From Phaeosaccion multiseriatum (lineage: Eukaryota > Protista > Ochrophyta, other classes): DNA of 64,000 nt. The stretch lies in NCBI GenBank assembly GCA_965112735.1, contig OZ218957.1:3286001-3350000 (forward strand), written 5' to 3'. The notes under the pieces were generated by a model. That model ran no database searches. It worked only from the letters and a program-made list of their open reading frames with translations, and was not told where the DNA came from. Each line of letters opens with the position of its first letter. Within the stretch, counting starts at the first letter, position 1. Position numbers and translations under genes: made by a program. Positions 26,901 to 38,244 of this stretch are shown one piece after another.

Positions 26901-28240
26901 AGCAGGGAGGAGGAGGAGGCAAGGGGGGTGGCAAGAGGAGGGGGAGCACAGGGGGTGGGGGGGCGGGAGAGCCGTCTGTGCTGGAGACAGCGGCGGCAGC
27001 AGCAGCAGCAGCGCTGGAGACAGCAGCAGCAGCAGAAGCAGCAGGAACAGTGGCAGGAGTAGAAGGAGGAGGAGGAGGAGGAGGAGGAGGAGGAGGAGGA
27101 GGAGGAGGAGGAGGAGGAGGAGGAGGAGGAGGAGGAGGAGGAGGAGGAGGAGGAGGAGGAGGAGGAGGAGGAGGAGGAGGAGGAGGAGGAGGAGGAGGAG
27201 GAGGAGGAGGAGGAGGAGGAGGAGGAGGAGGAGGAGGAGGAGGAGGAGGAGGAGGAGGAGGAGGAGGAGGAGGAGGAGGAGGAGGAGGAGGAGGAGGAGG
27301 AGGAGGAGGAGGAAGACGCGCCTCTACGGGCCAAGTCAAGGGAGCCCCTGCCCAGGGGCGGCCCTCTAGTGCCATCCGGAGCCCATCTGGTGCCATCCAC
27401 CGCCGCAGGTACTCTGCCCCTCCAGAGAGGGTGGCGGAGTGGCAGAGGCAAATAGAAGACTCATGGAGGCCTCGCATTGTTGAGTTCCTCCCAGAGAGTC
27501 GAAGGGGCGGATGGGGGAGCGCGGGGGCGGGAGGGGGGGACATCCAGGGGGGCACGTCTGAGGTGCAGGTGGACTTTACAGAAGGATTTTTGGAGGGGGC
27601 TGAGGGAGGGGGGGGGGTGAGCGGCCAGGAGAGCGAGGAGGGAGAGGAGGGGGGAAAGGAGAGAGGCATGGGGGGTGGGGACAAGAGGCACCACCACCAC
27701 CACCACCACCACCACCACCACCACGGGGCTGTTGACGACGGGTATGCTGCTGTTGATGTTGAAGTTGATGTTGAAGCTGATGTTGGTGATGTTGGTGATA
27801 CGCACGGGAGCGGCAGCGGTACTGGCAGGAGGAGAAGCAGGTCAAGGAGGAGGGGGAAGCGGGGGGGGAAGGACGGCCGCGTGCGAGAGGGGACAGAGCA
27901 ACTACCGACACGAGTAGCAGGAGGAAGAGCAGCAGGAGCAGGAGCAGCATCAGCAGTTGGTGATACAGCAGAGGTTGGCCGGCGCTTCTCCCCTCGCGTG
28001 TCTGTCCGTGCGGAGGCCCTGCTCGCCATCATCAGAGGAAGGGGGAGGGGTGGTCCGATGGGCTCAGGCAGAGGCAGAGGCAGGGAGCAAGGGAGTAGAG
28101 GGGGCATGGGCATCGGTGCGAGTACGAGCCAAGCCCACGACGACGAAGTTGGCGGAGGAGCAGTTGGTGATACAGGAGTAGGGGAGAGGGGGGAGGGGGG
28201 AGGGGGAGTCACATGGACAGGGGCAGGGACAGTCATATAG
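16545..28240 (+). CDS. TTLL9: Tubulin polyglutamylase, TTLL9-like, with long low-complexity N- and C-terminal extensions (about 14 exons; start uncertain)
   Basis: The spliced TTL domain contains [120 protein letters not shown] and VGGFDL. Junction phases checked at several introns are consistent. Confidence 0.9.
18132..18202 (+). repeat. (GAGT)n microsatellite beginning exactly at a 5' splice donor
   Basis: CAG|GTGAGTGAGTGAGT... at the end of TTLL exon 1. Confidence 0.9.
19427..19632 (+). repeat. (GGAA)n intronic microsatellite
   Basis: Direct inspection; it starts just after the TTLL exon-2 donor. Confidence 0.9.
21020..21718 (+). repeat. About 700-bp (GAGT)n/(GAAT)n intronic microsatellite
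   Basis: Direct inspection; lies within a TTLL intron. Confidence 0.95.
22058..22303 (+). repeat. 17-bp minisatellite (GTGTGTGTACGGTACAA)n, about 14 copies, intronic
   Basis: The unit is visible directly and produces a 17-aa periodic pseudo-ORF. Confidence 0.9.
24578..25146 (+). repeat. About 570-bp (CCT)n trinucleotide tract, intronic
   Basis: Direct inspection. A second (CCT)n tract lies at about 25550-25857. Confidence 0.95.
27065..27313 (+). repeat. (GGA)n tract of about 83 units, encoding poly-Gly in the last TTLL exon
   Basis: Pure GGA run in frame with ORF 26117..28240. Confidence 0.85.
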
Positions 28241-28480
28241 GCAGGGACAGTCATATAGGCAGGGGAAAGAAGGGGGGGGGCAGGCACTCTTGCAGCGTCT
28301 GTGGGGTCTGCGGCTCCAGGGTAGGAGGGAGGGAGGGAGGGAGGAGCACCCTAGTTACAGAATCGCGAAGGCTCAGCATAATTTTAATTTAAAATTGGAT
28401 TGTTTTCACATTACTATTAGGCAGCACAGATGGCACCAGATGGACTCGTCAACCGCTCGTCTCCTCAAATCCTCATAAAC

Positions 28481-31419
28481 ATGGCGCCCTCCGGCAGCAG
28501 TAGCGATGCTGGTCCCACCGCGAAGGAATTCGAGTTCACCTGCGCTTCTAAGACCCTTCCGTGTCTAGATGAAAAGGAGCTGGGCCAGCAACTCGTGCAA
28601 TGGTGAGGGATCTAACGGGCTAATCTTCCACTCGTCCTCTCCTCCTCTCCTCCTCCTTCTGACGGGTGTTCTGCTGCTCTCTATTGCTGCTCCTCGTCCT
28701 CCACTACTACTTACAGGGGACTAAAAGACTCTCTCCGAGGAGGAAGGTTTAGGTACACGCAGCGCTTCCGACCGCACGATGCATCCGTCTTTCTGAAGCA
28801 CCTCTTGTCAAGCCCTGAAGTAGCAGCATGGCTAAAGGTGAGCACCTAGGACGTACCTGCTTGGCTCTTGGGAGGGAACAGGCCCCTCTTCGTCTGTCTT
28901 GGAGCCGGAAGTAGCTACTGCCTGCCTGCTTTCGTGTGTAGACGCATTCATTCGCACCAGGACCGTCACGACCTGTTCGGGGACGGCTTGTGTCTTCCCT
29001 CCCCCGAGGTCCTCAGCCCCACTCCCACTCCCACTCCACCCCCCCCCGTCCCCATTGGACCACTCATCTCTGCTCCGAACTCCTTTGTTCCTCTTCTCTG
29101 CAATGCCGTGCTCTCTCCTCTGCTCTCCTCTCCTCTCCTTGGCCTGCCTCGGCAGATACCCGAATCCGTGCAAGAGGTACAGTTCCAGCCTTTGGCCGTG
29201 ACTGCGCTGAGCATGAGCATGTTCGACTCTCTCACAGAGCACGAAATTGTCAGCAAGACGGGTCTCATCAGGTGAGAGACGACGGGGGCAGCAGCAGCAG
29301 GAGTTAGTGATACAGCAGTATAAATGTATGAGGAGGAGGAAGAGGAGGAGGAGGAGGAGGAGGAGGAGGAGGAGGGGGAGGGGAAAGAGAAGCATCTGAC
29401 TCCTTCCTCCCCTTCCCAGTAACACGAAATGAATCCGTTGCTCGTTTGTTGAAGTGTGTAAACGTTTTAAGAGGAGAAGGCCCAGATTGAATGGGAGGAG
29501 AGAGTGAGAGCGAGAGGGGCGGGGACAAGGAGAGGGGAAGAGAGAGCGAGAGGAAAAGAGAGAGCAAGGGAAAGTGATGGAGAGACAAAAAGAGGAGAAG
29601 AGAGCGCGCGTGAGGGAGAGGAGAAGATAGCGAGAGTATGAGAGAGAGGGGAAGATCGAGCGAGAGTCAAAGGGGGAGACGAAGGGGAGAGAGAGAGGAA
29701 GAGCTCCGATCAACCAACAGCGCGCGGGTGAATCTGTGAATCTAGGCCGAGCAGGCTGCTTTGCCTTGCCCTGGACTTGGCTTGACTGACCCCTCGCTTC
29801 ATACCTCTTCATGCCTCTGCCCCATGCTCCTGTTGCTACTACTGCTACTGCTACTGCTCCTCCTCCTTCTACTCTACTACTACTGCTACTACTACTACTA
29901 CTACTACTACTACAACTACTACTTCTACTTCTATTACTACTTCTGCTGCACCTATCACTTCTTCTACTACTTCTTTTCTTCTTCTTTTACTACTGATACT
30001 ACTACTACTACTACTACTACTATTACTACTACTTCTGCTGCTCCTGTCTTCTCCAAACCACGTGCCTCCTTCCTGCTTGCTCTCTGCCTCCACCACCACC
30101 ATTGACTGCCATCCCACCACAGAGGGTGCTACGGAGACACATTCGCCGGAGTCAACGTGCAAGACCGACTTCGAGACATGCTTGTCAACCCCGACAGCGA
30201 GTTTACGGCGTCACTGGGGGAGGGGGAGAGGAGGGAGCTGCTGTTCAAGGTGTTCGAATTGCTTGGGGTAGGGGGGGCCATGTGTCAGCCCCATGAGCAT
30301 GTTGATGTGTACTTGGAGGCCACCAAGAAGCTCTACAGAGACATGTGAGTCAGTGGGGGGGGGAGGGAGGGAGGGAGGGAGGGAGGGAGGGAGGGAGGGA
30401 GGGAGGGAAGGAGGGGGGGCAGGGAGGCAGAGGGGGTGGGGTTTAGGGGGAGTGGGGAGGAGGGGAGGGATGGAGAGAGGGGGGGAGGAAGAGGGGGCGG
30501 GGTTTTGGGGAGGGGAGGAAGGGGGGGGGTGGGAGGGAGGGAGGATGGGGGGTTGGGAGTGGGGGAGGGAGACGTGGGGGGGAGTACCAAACAAAGCAGT
30601 GACGAAAGGGGCAAGAGGCCCCCCCTCTGTCTCTCTCTGAATGCTCGACAGGGGCCCGTCCCTCCTCTCTGTCTTGTGCTGACGAAAATTCCCCTCCTGT
30701 GCTGTTCGAATCCTTCTGCTGTTCGCTATACCATCTGGTGCCATCTGCAGCGTGGCCGTGTACAAGAGCCCCGCTGCCCCCTCCTCCACCTCCTCGTCAA
30801 GTAGCAGCAGCAGTAATAGCAGTAGTAATAGCAATAGCAGTCCGGAGGCGTCATCTGTGAGCATCAAGGTGGCGAGTCACGCCTACCTCATCACGTCCAT
30901 CAACGCCAACAGCGAGAGTGCGCTGTGGGGGAGCGACAGCCCGCACCACACATGCCTGGTGAGTGGTGTTGGGAGGGGGGGGTCGGGGGGCGTGGGTACC
31001 CAAGTAGTGCCACGAAGACCACTGTCATGGGATGGAGGCACACGGGTCACAAGGGGGGGGGGGCTAATGTCTTGACTCTCACACTCACACACTCGACAGA
31101 TGCCGACAATTGTATGCCTCGAGGTCAATGAAACGGAACTGAACAAAGAGGGTGGGGGCTGCTTTATTGACTTCATAGGAGTCACCTAAGGAGGGGACTT
31201 TTAACTGTGTGCATTCAATGAAAAGTGTTGCTGCGCTCCTTCATGGGCCGGGTGTCCTTGCCATCGTGCCCCCCTTCTTACGCCCTGCGGGCGCGCATAC
31301 TCCCTCGCATCTCGCTCTGTTTCTGTCTCTGTCTCTGTTCAATCATCAATCAGGTCACGATAGACCCTCTCAAGAAGCAGACGACGATTCTCTACAATCG
31401 TTTCGAAGGCTGCTGGTGA
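28481..31419 (+). CDS. CFAP300: Cilia- and flagella-associated protein 300 (C11orf70; dynein-arm assembly factor), 6 exons
   Basis: Spliced sequence: LVQW|GLKDSL..RFRY..FLKHLLSSPEV|..VTALSMSMFDSL..|..QDRLRDMLVNPDSE..ERRELLFKVFELLGVGGAMCQPHEHVDVYLEATKKLYRDM|VAVYK..HHTCL|VTIDPLKKQTTILY. This matches the remembered DUF4498 pattern. Confidence 0.88.
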
Positions 31420-31705
31420 CCGTGTGTGAGTGTGTGCGTGCAAGTTTTGTGCCTGTGTGTTCGTGTGTGTTCCTGTGTGGGTGCAGTTTGTGTGTGAGAG
31501 AGAGAGAGTGTGTGTGCGTGAGTGCGTGTGTGTGCGCGTGCGTGAGAGTGCCCATGCGTGTGTGTGTGTGCGTGCGTGAGAGTGCTTGAGAGTGCCCATG
31601 CGTGGGGTTGCGCTTTCAGTGATGCTCGGTAAGAATGTATTCAGTTGTTACTTGTCCACGTACGAAGGCCGGAGTGTTGGACTCTCGAGTCAATATAACC
31701 TGGCG

Positions 31706-31857
31706 AGCTCCACTCGGCCTACTGCGACACCTCCTCGGACGAAGACGCCACCAACCTCAAGGAGAACCAAACTCTCTGCCTTGCCACACGGTCTGCTTCT
31801 TCTTGAGGTTGGTGGCGTCGTTGTCCGCGGAGGTGTCGCCGTAGGCCGAGTACAGCT
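31706..31857. ncRNA. Imperfect long inverted repeat / candidate pre-miRNA hairpin
   Basis: The 67-nt arms (31706-31772 and 31791-31857) are reverse-complementary at 58/67 positions, with an 18-nt loop. Confidence 0.55.
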
Positions 31858-32091
31858 GGACAGAGTGGAAGGTGATGACCCAGTGAAGGGTGAAGTAGTC
31901 GGCGAGGCCCAGGTCCTTGGCGAGGCGGAGGAGGTGCTGCATCGGTCCGCTCGTGCTGTACACTAAAAGACGACCGCCCAAGTGCCTGGTGACGCCCACC
32001 TTGCCGCCGAGCGTGCGGCCTCCTCCATCTGACACTTGCGAGTGTTCCCGGAGCACATGGCCCGCAGAGTGGCGTCGGCGTTGGCGTCACT

Positions 32092-33633
32092 CCTTTACCG
32101 TGCACCTCTCGCACGTCACTCACTTTCTCACTCACTCACTCACTCCCTCGCCCAGTCACATACTCACGCACCCACTCACTCACTACCTCGCCCAGTCACA
32201 TACTCACGCACCCACTCACTCACTCACTCACGCACTCACTCAATCTCGCACTCACTCACTAACTCACTCACGCATCACTCACTCGCTGACTCAACTCCTT
32301 AATCCTCACTCCAGTTCACCCCTTTACGCGCGCGCTCACCCACTGAGGCGCTTGCTCGCTCACTCACTCACTCGCCCACTCACTCACACATTCTTAATCA
32401 CACCCCCTACTCACTCACGCACTCACCTCCCCCTCCCCCCCTCACGACCTTCTCCTCTTTGGCGACGCTCAGGGCACCAAGAAGGACGTCAAGTACCGGC
32501 GTGGGGTGATTCAATTGCATGGCCCAATGCGAGCAGCCCACGGGGGGGAAGGAGTGTTTGCGGCACCTGTGGCGGAGGCGTGCTTCAGCTACGAGCAATG
32601 CAACTACGATACAGACCTCATTCGCATGTTTTGGTGGGAAGATGAGGGCATGAGAGAGACACAATAGATGAAAGAGAGATACTGAGAGTTCTAGCACATT
32701 TAATTGATGAGGATTTTACAGACAAGGTGTGTGTACATGAGATTCTTTGTATTCCAAGCGAGGCCCGGTCATATTATTTCTTGCATTCTGCCTTGTTGAA
32801 ATGGATGAAGGTTTTTGTTGTTCTTGATACACCGCTCACCGCTTCACGCGATGATACCAATGAATTGATAAGTCTGTGTGGTTAAACGGGGTTTATTCAT
32901 TTTTATTTACAAGGGGTTGGCGCGCACTGCATTCCAACCCCTCTCTGTAAAACTTTTAACTAGAGTTAAGGTTGACTGCTTAGTTCCATGTGTAGGCCTG
33001 TCCGAGGATGTCGTTGATGATGTAGGGGCGTCCGTTGAGCTGCTCGTGGACCATGAGGGCGAGGATGCCCATCTGTGCGGCGCGGCCGTTGTTGAGCTCG
33101 ATGGAGCGCTTGCGGCTCTGGGTCTCCTCGTCCCACGATGCCCAGGTGGAGTTCTCTCCGAACCTGTTCATGTCACCGGGGGTGGAGCCCTCCACCTGCT
33201 GCATGACGGCCAGCTCGAGGATGCCGATGAAGGCGACCAGCTGGGCAATACCGGCGGCGGGGATCTTGGAGAAGGCGGCAAGTCCGTTGGGTACGTCCGT
33301 GAACTTGATGTTCTCGGAGATGGACAGGTATCCGGGCAGGCGCACGTTCTGCTGCACAAGGTGACCGGCGATGGCAAGCATGGAGATGCGGCCGTGCTTC
33401 ACCTCGACGTATCGGAGTCGGTCGAATCGCTCCTGGTCGGCGTCGTTGAGGAGTCCGAGGGGGTCGAAGAATCCCAGAGGGGCCTGTGCGCCCTCAGCGT
33501 CCTCGAAGGCCATCTTCATGCTGCTGGAGCTCTTGGGGGCCTTGGCAACCGCGCTGCCGGTGAAGGCGGTGGGTGCCACGAAGGCGGAGGCGCACCCGAG
33601 GGTGGCCATGGCGGCGATGCATGCGGTCTTCAT
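32092..33633. repeat. Segmental duplication block A (ACTC-rich segment + 3' flank + FCP), paralogous to about 41105-42711
   Basis: Near-identical sequence on visual alignment. The ACTC-rich part recurs a third time at about 35887-36560. Confidence 0.9.
32980..33633 (-). CDS. Lhcf: Fucoxanthin-chlorophyll a/c binding protein (Lhcf/FCP), copy 1
   Basis: Bipartite presequence CASA-FVAP; GAQAPLGFFDPLGL, RLRYVEVKHGRISMLA and ELNNGRAAQMG motifs; 217 aa; intronless CDS. Confidence 0.97.
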   Translation of the reverse strand: MKTACIAAMATLGCASAFVAPTAFTGSAVAKAPKSSSSMKMAFEDAEGAQAPLGFFDPLGLLNDADQERFDRLRYVEVKHGRISMLAIAGHLVQQNVRLPGYLSISENIKFTDVPNGLAAFSKIPAAGIAQLVAFIGILELAVMQQVEGSTPGDMNRFGENSTWASWDEETQSRKRSIELNNGRAAQMGILALMVHEQLNGRPYIINDILGQAYTWN

Positions 33634-36560
33634 GCTGCGGAGAGAAGAGAAGAAAGGGGTAGGGTGGGAAAACGGGAGGACGGGGTGAGAAGGGGGATGC
33701 AAATCGCCTGACAAAACAAAAGACCACTTGATCCTTCTTCCTCGCTGCTCGCCTTCCTCCCTGCCGCCCCTCCGCCTCTTCCCTGCAGTGGCACTCACTT
33801 GATGGTGGTAAAAAGTATTAAAAAGAAAGAGAGGAGGAGGAGGTTATTGGATTGTGATTAGTGGGATCTCATTGGTTTGGTTCCCTCGCGACGTCAACCC
33901 CGTCAACCAACTTTGGGGATTACCCTCAAGCGCCGGAAACCCGCCCCGGAGGACACGAAACTGGCACTGTTTTCGCTTCTCAACAGCAAGTCTTGTACAA
34001 GGCCCAGGATGGTGGGGAAAGGGCGGGGTCTTGGCCTCCCCACATGTGTAGTACCGTCTCTTCTCTTGCCTCTCCCCTCCCATCTCTCTCTCGCCCTTCC
34101 TTTCTCCTGCTGTCTCGACACAAGGGATTGAGAACGAGGAGGGGGAGAAGTAGAAGGAGAGAGGGAGAAGCTGGCACGGGGCAAGGCAGCGGGAGCGAGA
34201 GGCTTCGAAGAGCATTCTGTCAAAGAGCCCAAGAGGTAAGCGTGGCGAGAGGCCGTCTATTGGTCGCGATTCGTCGTCCATTCTTCACAGGCTGGCGCAC
34301 TGCTCTGGTTAGTCCTGCCACCGCTTGGTACCGTCCTACGTGCTGTCGTGGCGCTGCCGCGTGCGGTTGCTGTCTGCCGGCGTATCGTTTCCTCCTCCTT
34401 TGCCTCTCTCTCTCCTTTTTGTCTTCTCTTCTCCTTGCCTCTCGATGTTCTTCTCCTATTCCCTTGCCTCCTTCCCTCCCTCTCCCTTCCCTTCTCCCTC
34501 TCCCTCCCCCCTCCTTCTCTTCTCCTTCTCTCTTTCCCCCCTCCTTCTTTTGTCCTTGCGTTCTGACTTCCTCTCCCCCCTCCCTTGCTACCCTCGCTCC
34601 TTCTCCCTATCCCTTGCCTCCACCTCCTCCGTCGTCTTTGGACCTCCTGTTCGTTCTGCCATCCGTTGGCATGGTACTGCGTTGATTCGGATCTGATACA
34701 TTGAAACTGGTGCTTGTGACAGGCCCTCTAGAGGGATCTCGTCCCCCTACGGGCACCTCTAAAGGGCGAGCAGGAGGCCCTGCTTGCTCTCTTTTCTGGG
34801 CTTGGCTTCACCTGCCTGCCCCAGGGTGCTAGGGTGCTTCATTGGAGTCGACTTGCATGTGAGTACGTGTAGAGTCCCTCTGATTCATACCTACGATGCT
34901 CTGCTGCTACTACTACTATTACTACTGCTGCTGCTGCTGCTTCTTGTCGTGGCTCTGCTCCATTTAACATGCCTCTTCACGCTATTGTGTCGAGAAGGAG
35001 AGCAGCAGGAACAGCACGCACGCACGCACGCACGCACGCAATGGGCACGCCAAAGTCGTCCCCCAGATGACCTAATTCTTCAATTCTGCCCCCCCCCCCC
35101 CCCGTGCGGTCTGGCTTCTGCTGTCTGGCCTCTGACCGTGTCCTGTTGTTGCTACTTTCGTTCATCAGCAGAGCGCACTCGCGGTCCAGTGCAGAAGCAG
35201 CAGTTTCCTTGATGATCATCAGTAGCAAGGGCAGCAGCAGGGGCACCGCCGGCCGACCCATGGAGTGCCATCTTCTTCGAGGCTCGGTAAAGGCCGTTGT
35301 AGAGGCTTCAGTTTCTGCAGCAGGGCCGTACAGAGACCAGCAGCACCACTGCCTCCACAGAAAAAGAAGGGAGAAGAGTTTACACCAGCCCCGGCTCCAG
35401 TAGCAGCATGAGCTATAGTAGCAACAGCAACAGCACCAGGAGCGACAGGGGCATCACTGGAGGGAGTAGGCGGGCAAGTGGGGTGGCGACTCCGCGGCAG
35501 CAGCCACCGCAGTAGCGGCAAGATGGCGCTGGTCTGCGGTGGGAAGCAACAGTAGAAACAGCGGCAGCAGCATTCAGCGCTAGTACCCAGAGAGGGGGGT
35601 GCATGGGGGAGCCCGCTCGAAGGAGCCGAAGGAGTAGGCGACGCTTCCTGAAGCGGCGGAGCAGCATTGTAGGAAAGCAGCTGCATCAGTAGTAGCGGGG
35701 CCGACTCTGCTGCTGCATTCTTCCGCTGCGGCAGCAGCTGGCACCAGCAAGGCACGGTGTGGCTATCGGGCAAGTTTCTCAGGCCCAGGGAGTCCGAGGG
35801 AAAGTCGGTACGTGACGGCGAAGGGTGGTACGCTCAATACTATTCGCTCATGCTGCAACTTGTCGCCTTATGCTCTCGCCTGCATCTCCTTTACCGTGCA
35901 CCTCTCGCACGTCACTCACTTTCTCACTCACGCACTCATGCAGGCACCCACCCTCCCAATCACTCAAATCACCCACTCACTTACTCACTTCACTCACTCA
36001 CTCACTCACTTCCTCGCCCAGTCACATACTCACGCACCCACTCACTCACTCACTCATGCACTCACTCAATCTCGCACTCACTCACTCACTCACTCACTCA
36101 ACTCACTCGTTCACTCACTCACTCACTCACTCACTCACTCACTCACTCACCACTCACTCGCTGACTCAACTCCTTAATCCTCACTCCAGTTCACCCCTTT
36201 ACGCGCGCGCTCACCCACTGAGGCGCTTGCTCATTCACTCAACTCACTCGCCCACTCACTCACACATTCTTAATCACACCCCCTACTCACTCACGCACTC
36301 ACCTCCCCCTCCCCCCCTCACCACCTTCTCCTCTTTGGCGACGCTCAGGGCACCAAGAAGGACGTCAAGTACCTGCGTGGGGTGATTCAAAGCATGGCCC
36401 AGTGCGAGCAGCCCACGGGGGGGGTTTCCCCGAGACCGCTCCGAGTGTTTGCGGAAGTGCCAGGCGGAGGCGTGCTTCAGCTACGAGCAATGCAACTACG
36501 ATACAGACCTCATTCGCATATTTTTGTGGGCAGATGAGGGCATGAGAGAGACACAATAGA
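33634..36560. repeat. Segmental duplication block B (FCP 5' flank + degenerate coding-like DNA), paralogous to about 38245-41690
   Basis: Colinear diverged copies with indels. ORF pairs 35219-35773/40595-40990 and 35757-36164/40887-41315 share sequence but are frameshifted relative to each other. Confidence 0.88.
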
Positions 36561-37590
36561 TAGGAGAGTACAAGTTGTACATTGACGAAGACTCTACAAA
36601 CAGGGGTGTGTGACGACTGCCGGGGCGTGTGCGTGGTCAGCAAAGAGAGGGGTGAACGCCCACTCAGATGGGCGAAAGCTCTTCGCTTTCCTCACCTCTC
36701 CTCGCCTCCGTTAGCCTGGGCGTTGATGGAGGAGTGCCAGCGCAGCAGCAGCGGGAGGAGGACGTTGGTGGCGCATCTGCCAGTGAGAGGAAACGGCGGC
36801 AGCGACGGCAGAGGCAGTCTATGAGGCAGGTTGAAGAGTACTATCAACTTGGCACTGGGGGGTGGGGCGACCTCGGTTTGGCAAGCCCAAGAGCCTTCCA
36901 CGCCTGGCTCGCGCAATAGGGTCTAGCCTTCCGCGGGAGAGCGGGTGCGAGAAGTTTGAGCCAGCTTTTGGCTTAGAGGCGGGAGAGCCAGAGGCTGCAG
37001 AGGGACCGGCGACAGGAGATTCGGAAGCAGCGTTGGAAGCAGCGTCGGAAGCAGCTAGAGAAAGAGGACAAAGAATGGGTGGGGGGTGATGCTCATCCGC
37101 AGACCGAGCAGCAGCACCGGCAACAGTAGGAGGAGGAGAGGCGTCGCGAGAAGAAACGGCAGCGGAAGCAGCTTCCAGAGTGAACGTCACCCCGCACCCC
37201 TTTATTGTCCCGCTTCTTCTGCACCTCTCACCACGCACACGAGCAGACACACGGAATATGTATTAAGTCGAAACAGTGCGTACATAGATGGAGACTTCCA
37301 TCCCCAGGCAGCGACAGAGAAGGTGCTCAAATAGAAGGCCTAACGCAAACACGAGCACAGAGTCTGCTGGTAATGTTACTAAGACAGAGATAATGTGTAC
37401 GTAAATGGAGGCAGCGACAGAGAGCGTGTTCAATACAAGACCTTGCTCAAAGAGACACGAGAATATCTGTAAATCCCTCATTCCTTTATTTACATATGGA
37501 CAGTCGTCTCCCTTCAAGAGAGCGAAAGTAAAGTCTAGCTATAACCAATGTCTAAGTTCCCTGGCAGCGTCACATACGACAACAAACTCC

Positions 37591-38244
37591 TTAGTTCCAT
37601 GTGTAGGCCTGTCCGAGGATGTCGTTGATGATGTAGGGGCGTCCGTTAAGCTGCTCGTGGACCATGAGGGCGAGGATGCCCATCTGCGCGGCGCGGCCGT
37701 TGTTGAGCTCGATGGAGCGCTTGCGGCTCTGGGTCTCCTCGTCCCACGATGCCCAGGTGGAGTTCTCTCCGAACCTGTTCATGTCACCGGGGGTGGAGCC
37801 CTCCACCTGCTGCATGACGGCCAGCTCGAGGATGCCGATGAAGGCGACCAGCTGGGCAATGCCGGCGGCGGGGATCTTAGAGAAGGCTGCCAGGCCGTTG
37901 GGCACGTCCGTGAACTTGATGTTCTCGGAGATGGACAGGTATCCGGGCAGGCGCACGTTCTGCTGCACAAGGTGACCAGCGATGGCAAGCATGGAGATGC
38001 GGCCGTGCTTCACCTCGACGTATCGGAGTCGGTCGAATCGCTCCTGGTCGGCGTCGTTGAGGAGTCCGAGGGGGTCGAAGAATCCCAGAGGGGCCTGTGC
38101 TCCCTCGGCGTCCTCGAAGGCCATCTTCATGCTGCTGGAGCTCTTGGGGGCCTTGGCAACCGCGCTGCCGGTGAAGGCGGTGGGTGCCACGAAGGCGGAG
38201 GCGCACCCGAGGGTGGCCATGGCGGCGATGCAGGCGGTCTTCAT
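37591..38244 (-). CDS. Lhcf: Fucoxanthin-chlorophyll a/c binding protein (Lhcf/FCP), copy 2
   Basis: Protein identical to copy 1; only synonymous differences. Confidence 0.97.
   Translation of the reverse strand: MKTACIAAMATLGCASAFVAPTAFTGSAVAKAPKSSSSMKMAFEDAEGAQAPLGFFDPLGLLNDADQERFDRLRYVEVKHGRISMLAIAGHLVQQNVRLPGYLSISENIKFTDVPNGLAAFSKIPAAGIAQLVAFIGILELAVMQQVEGSTPGDMNRFGENSTWASWDEETQSRKRSIELNNGRAAQMGILALMVHEQLNGRPYIINDILGQAYTWN

Noticed and set aside
28222-28262. 18-bp tandem duplication spanning the TTLL stop codon
   Set aside because: It is a simple local slippage with no effect on the protein.
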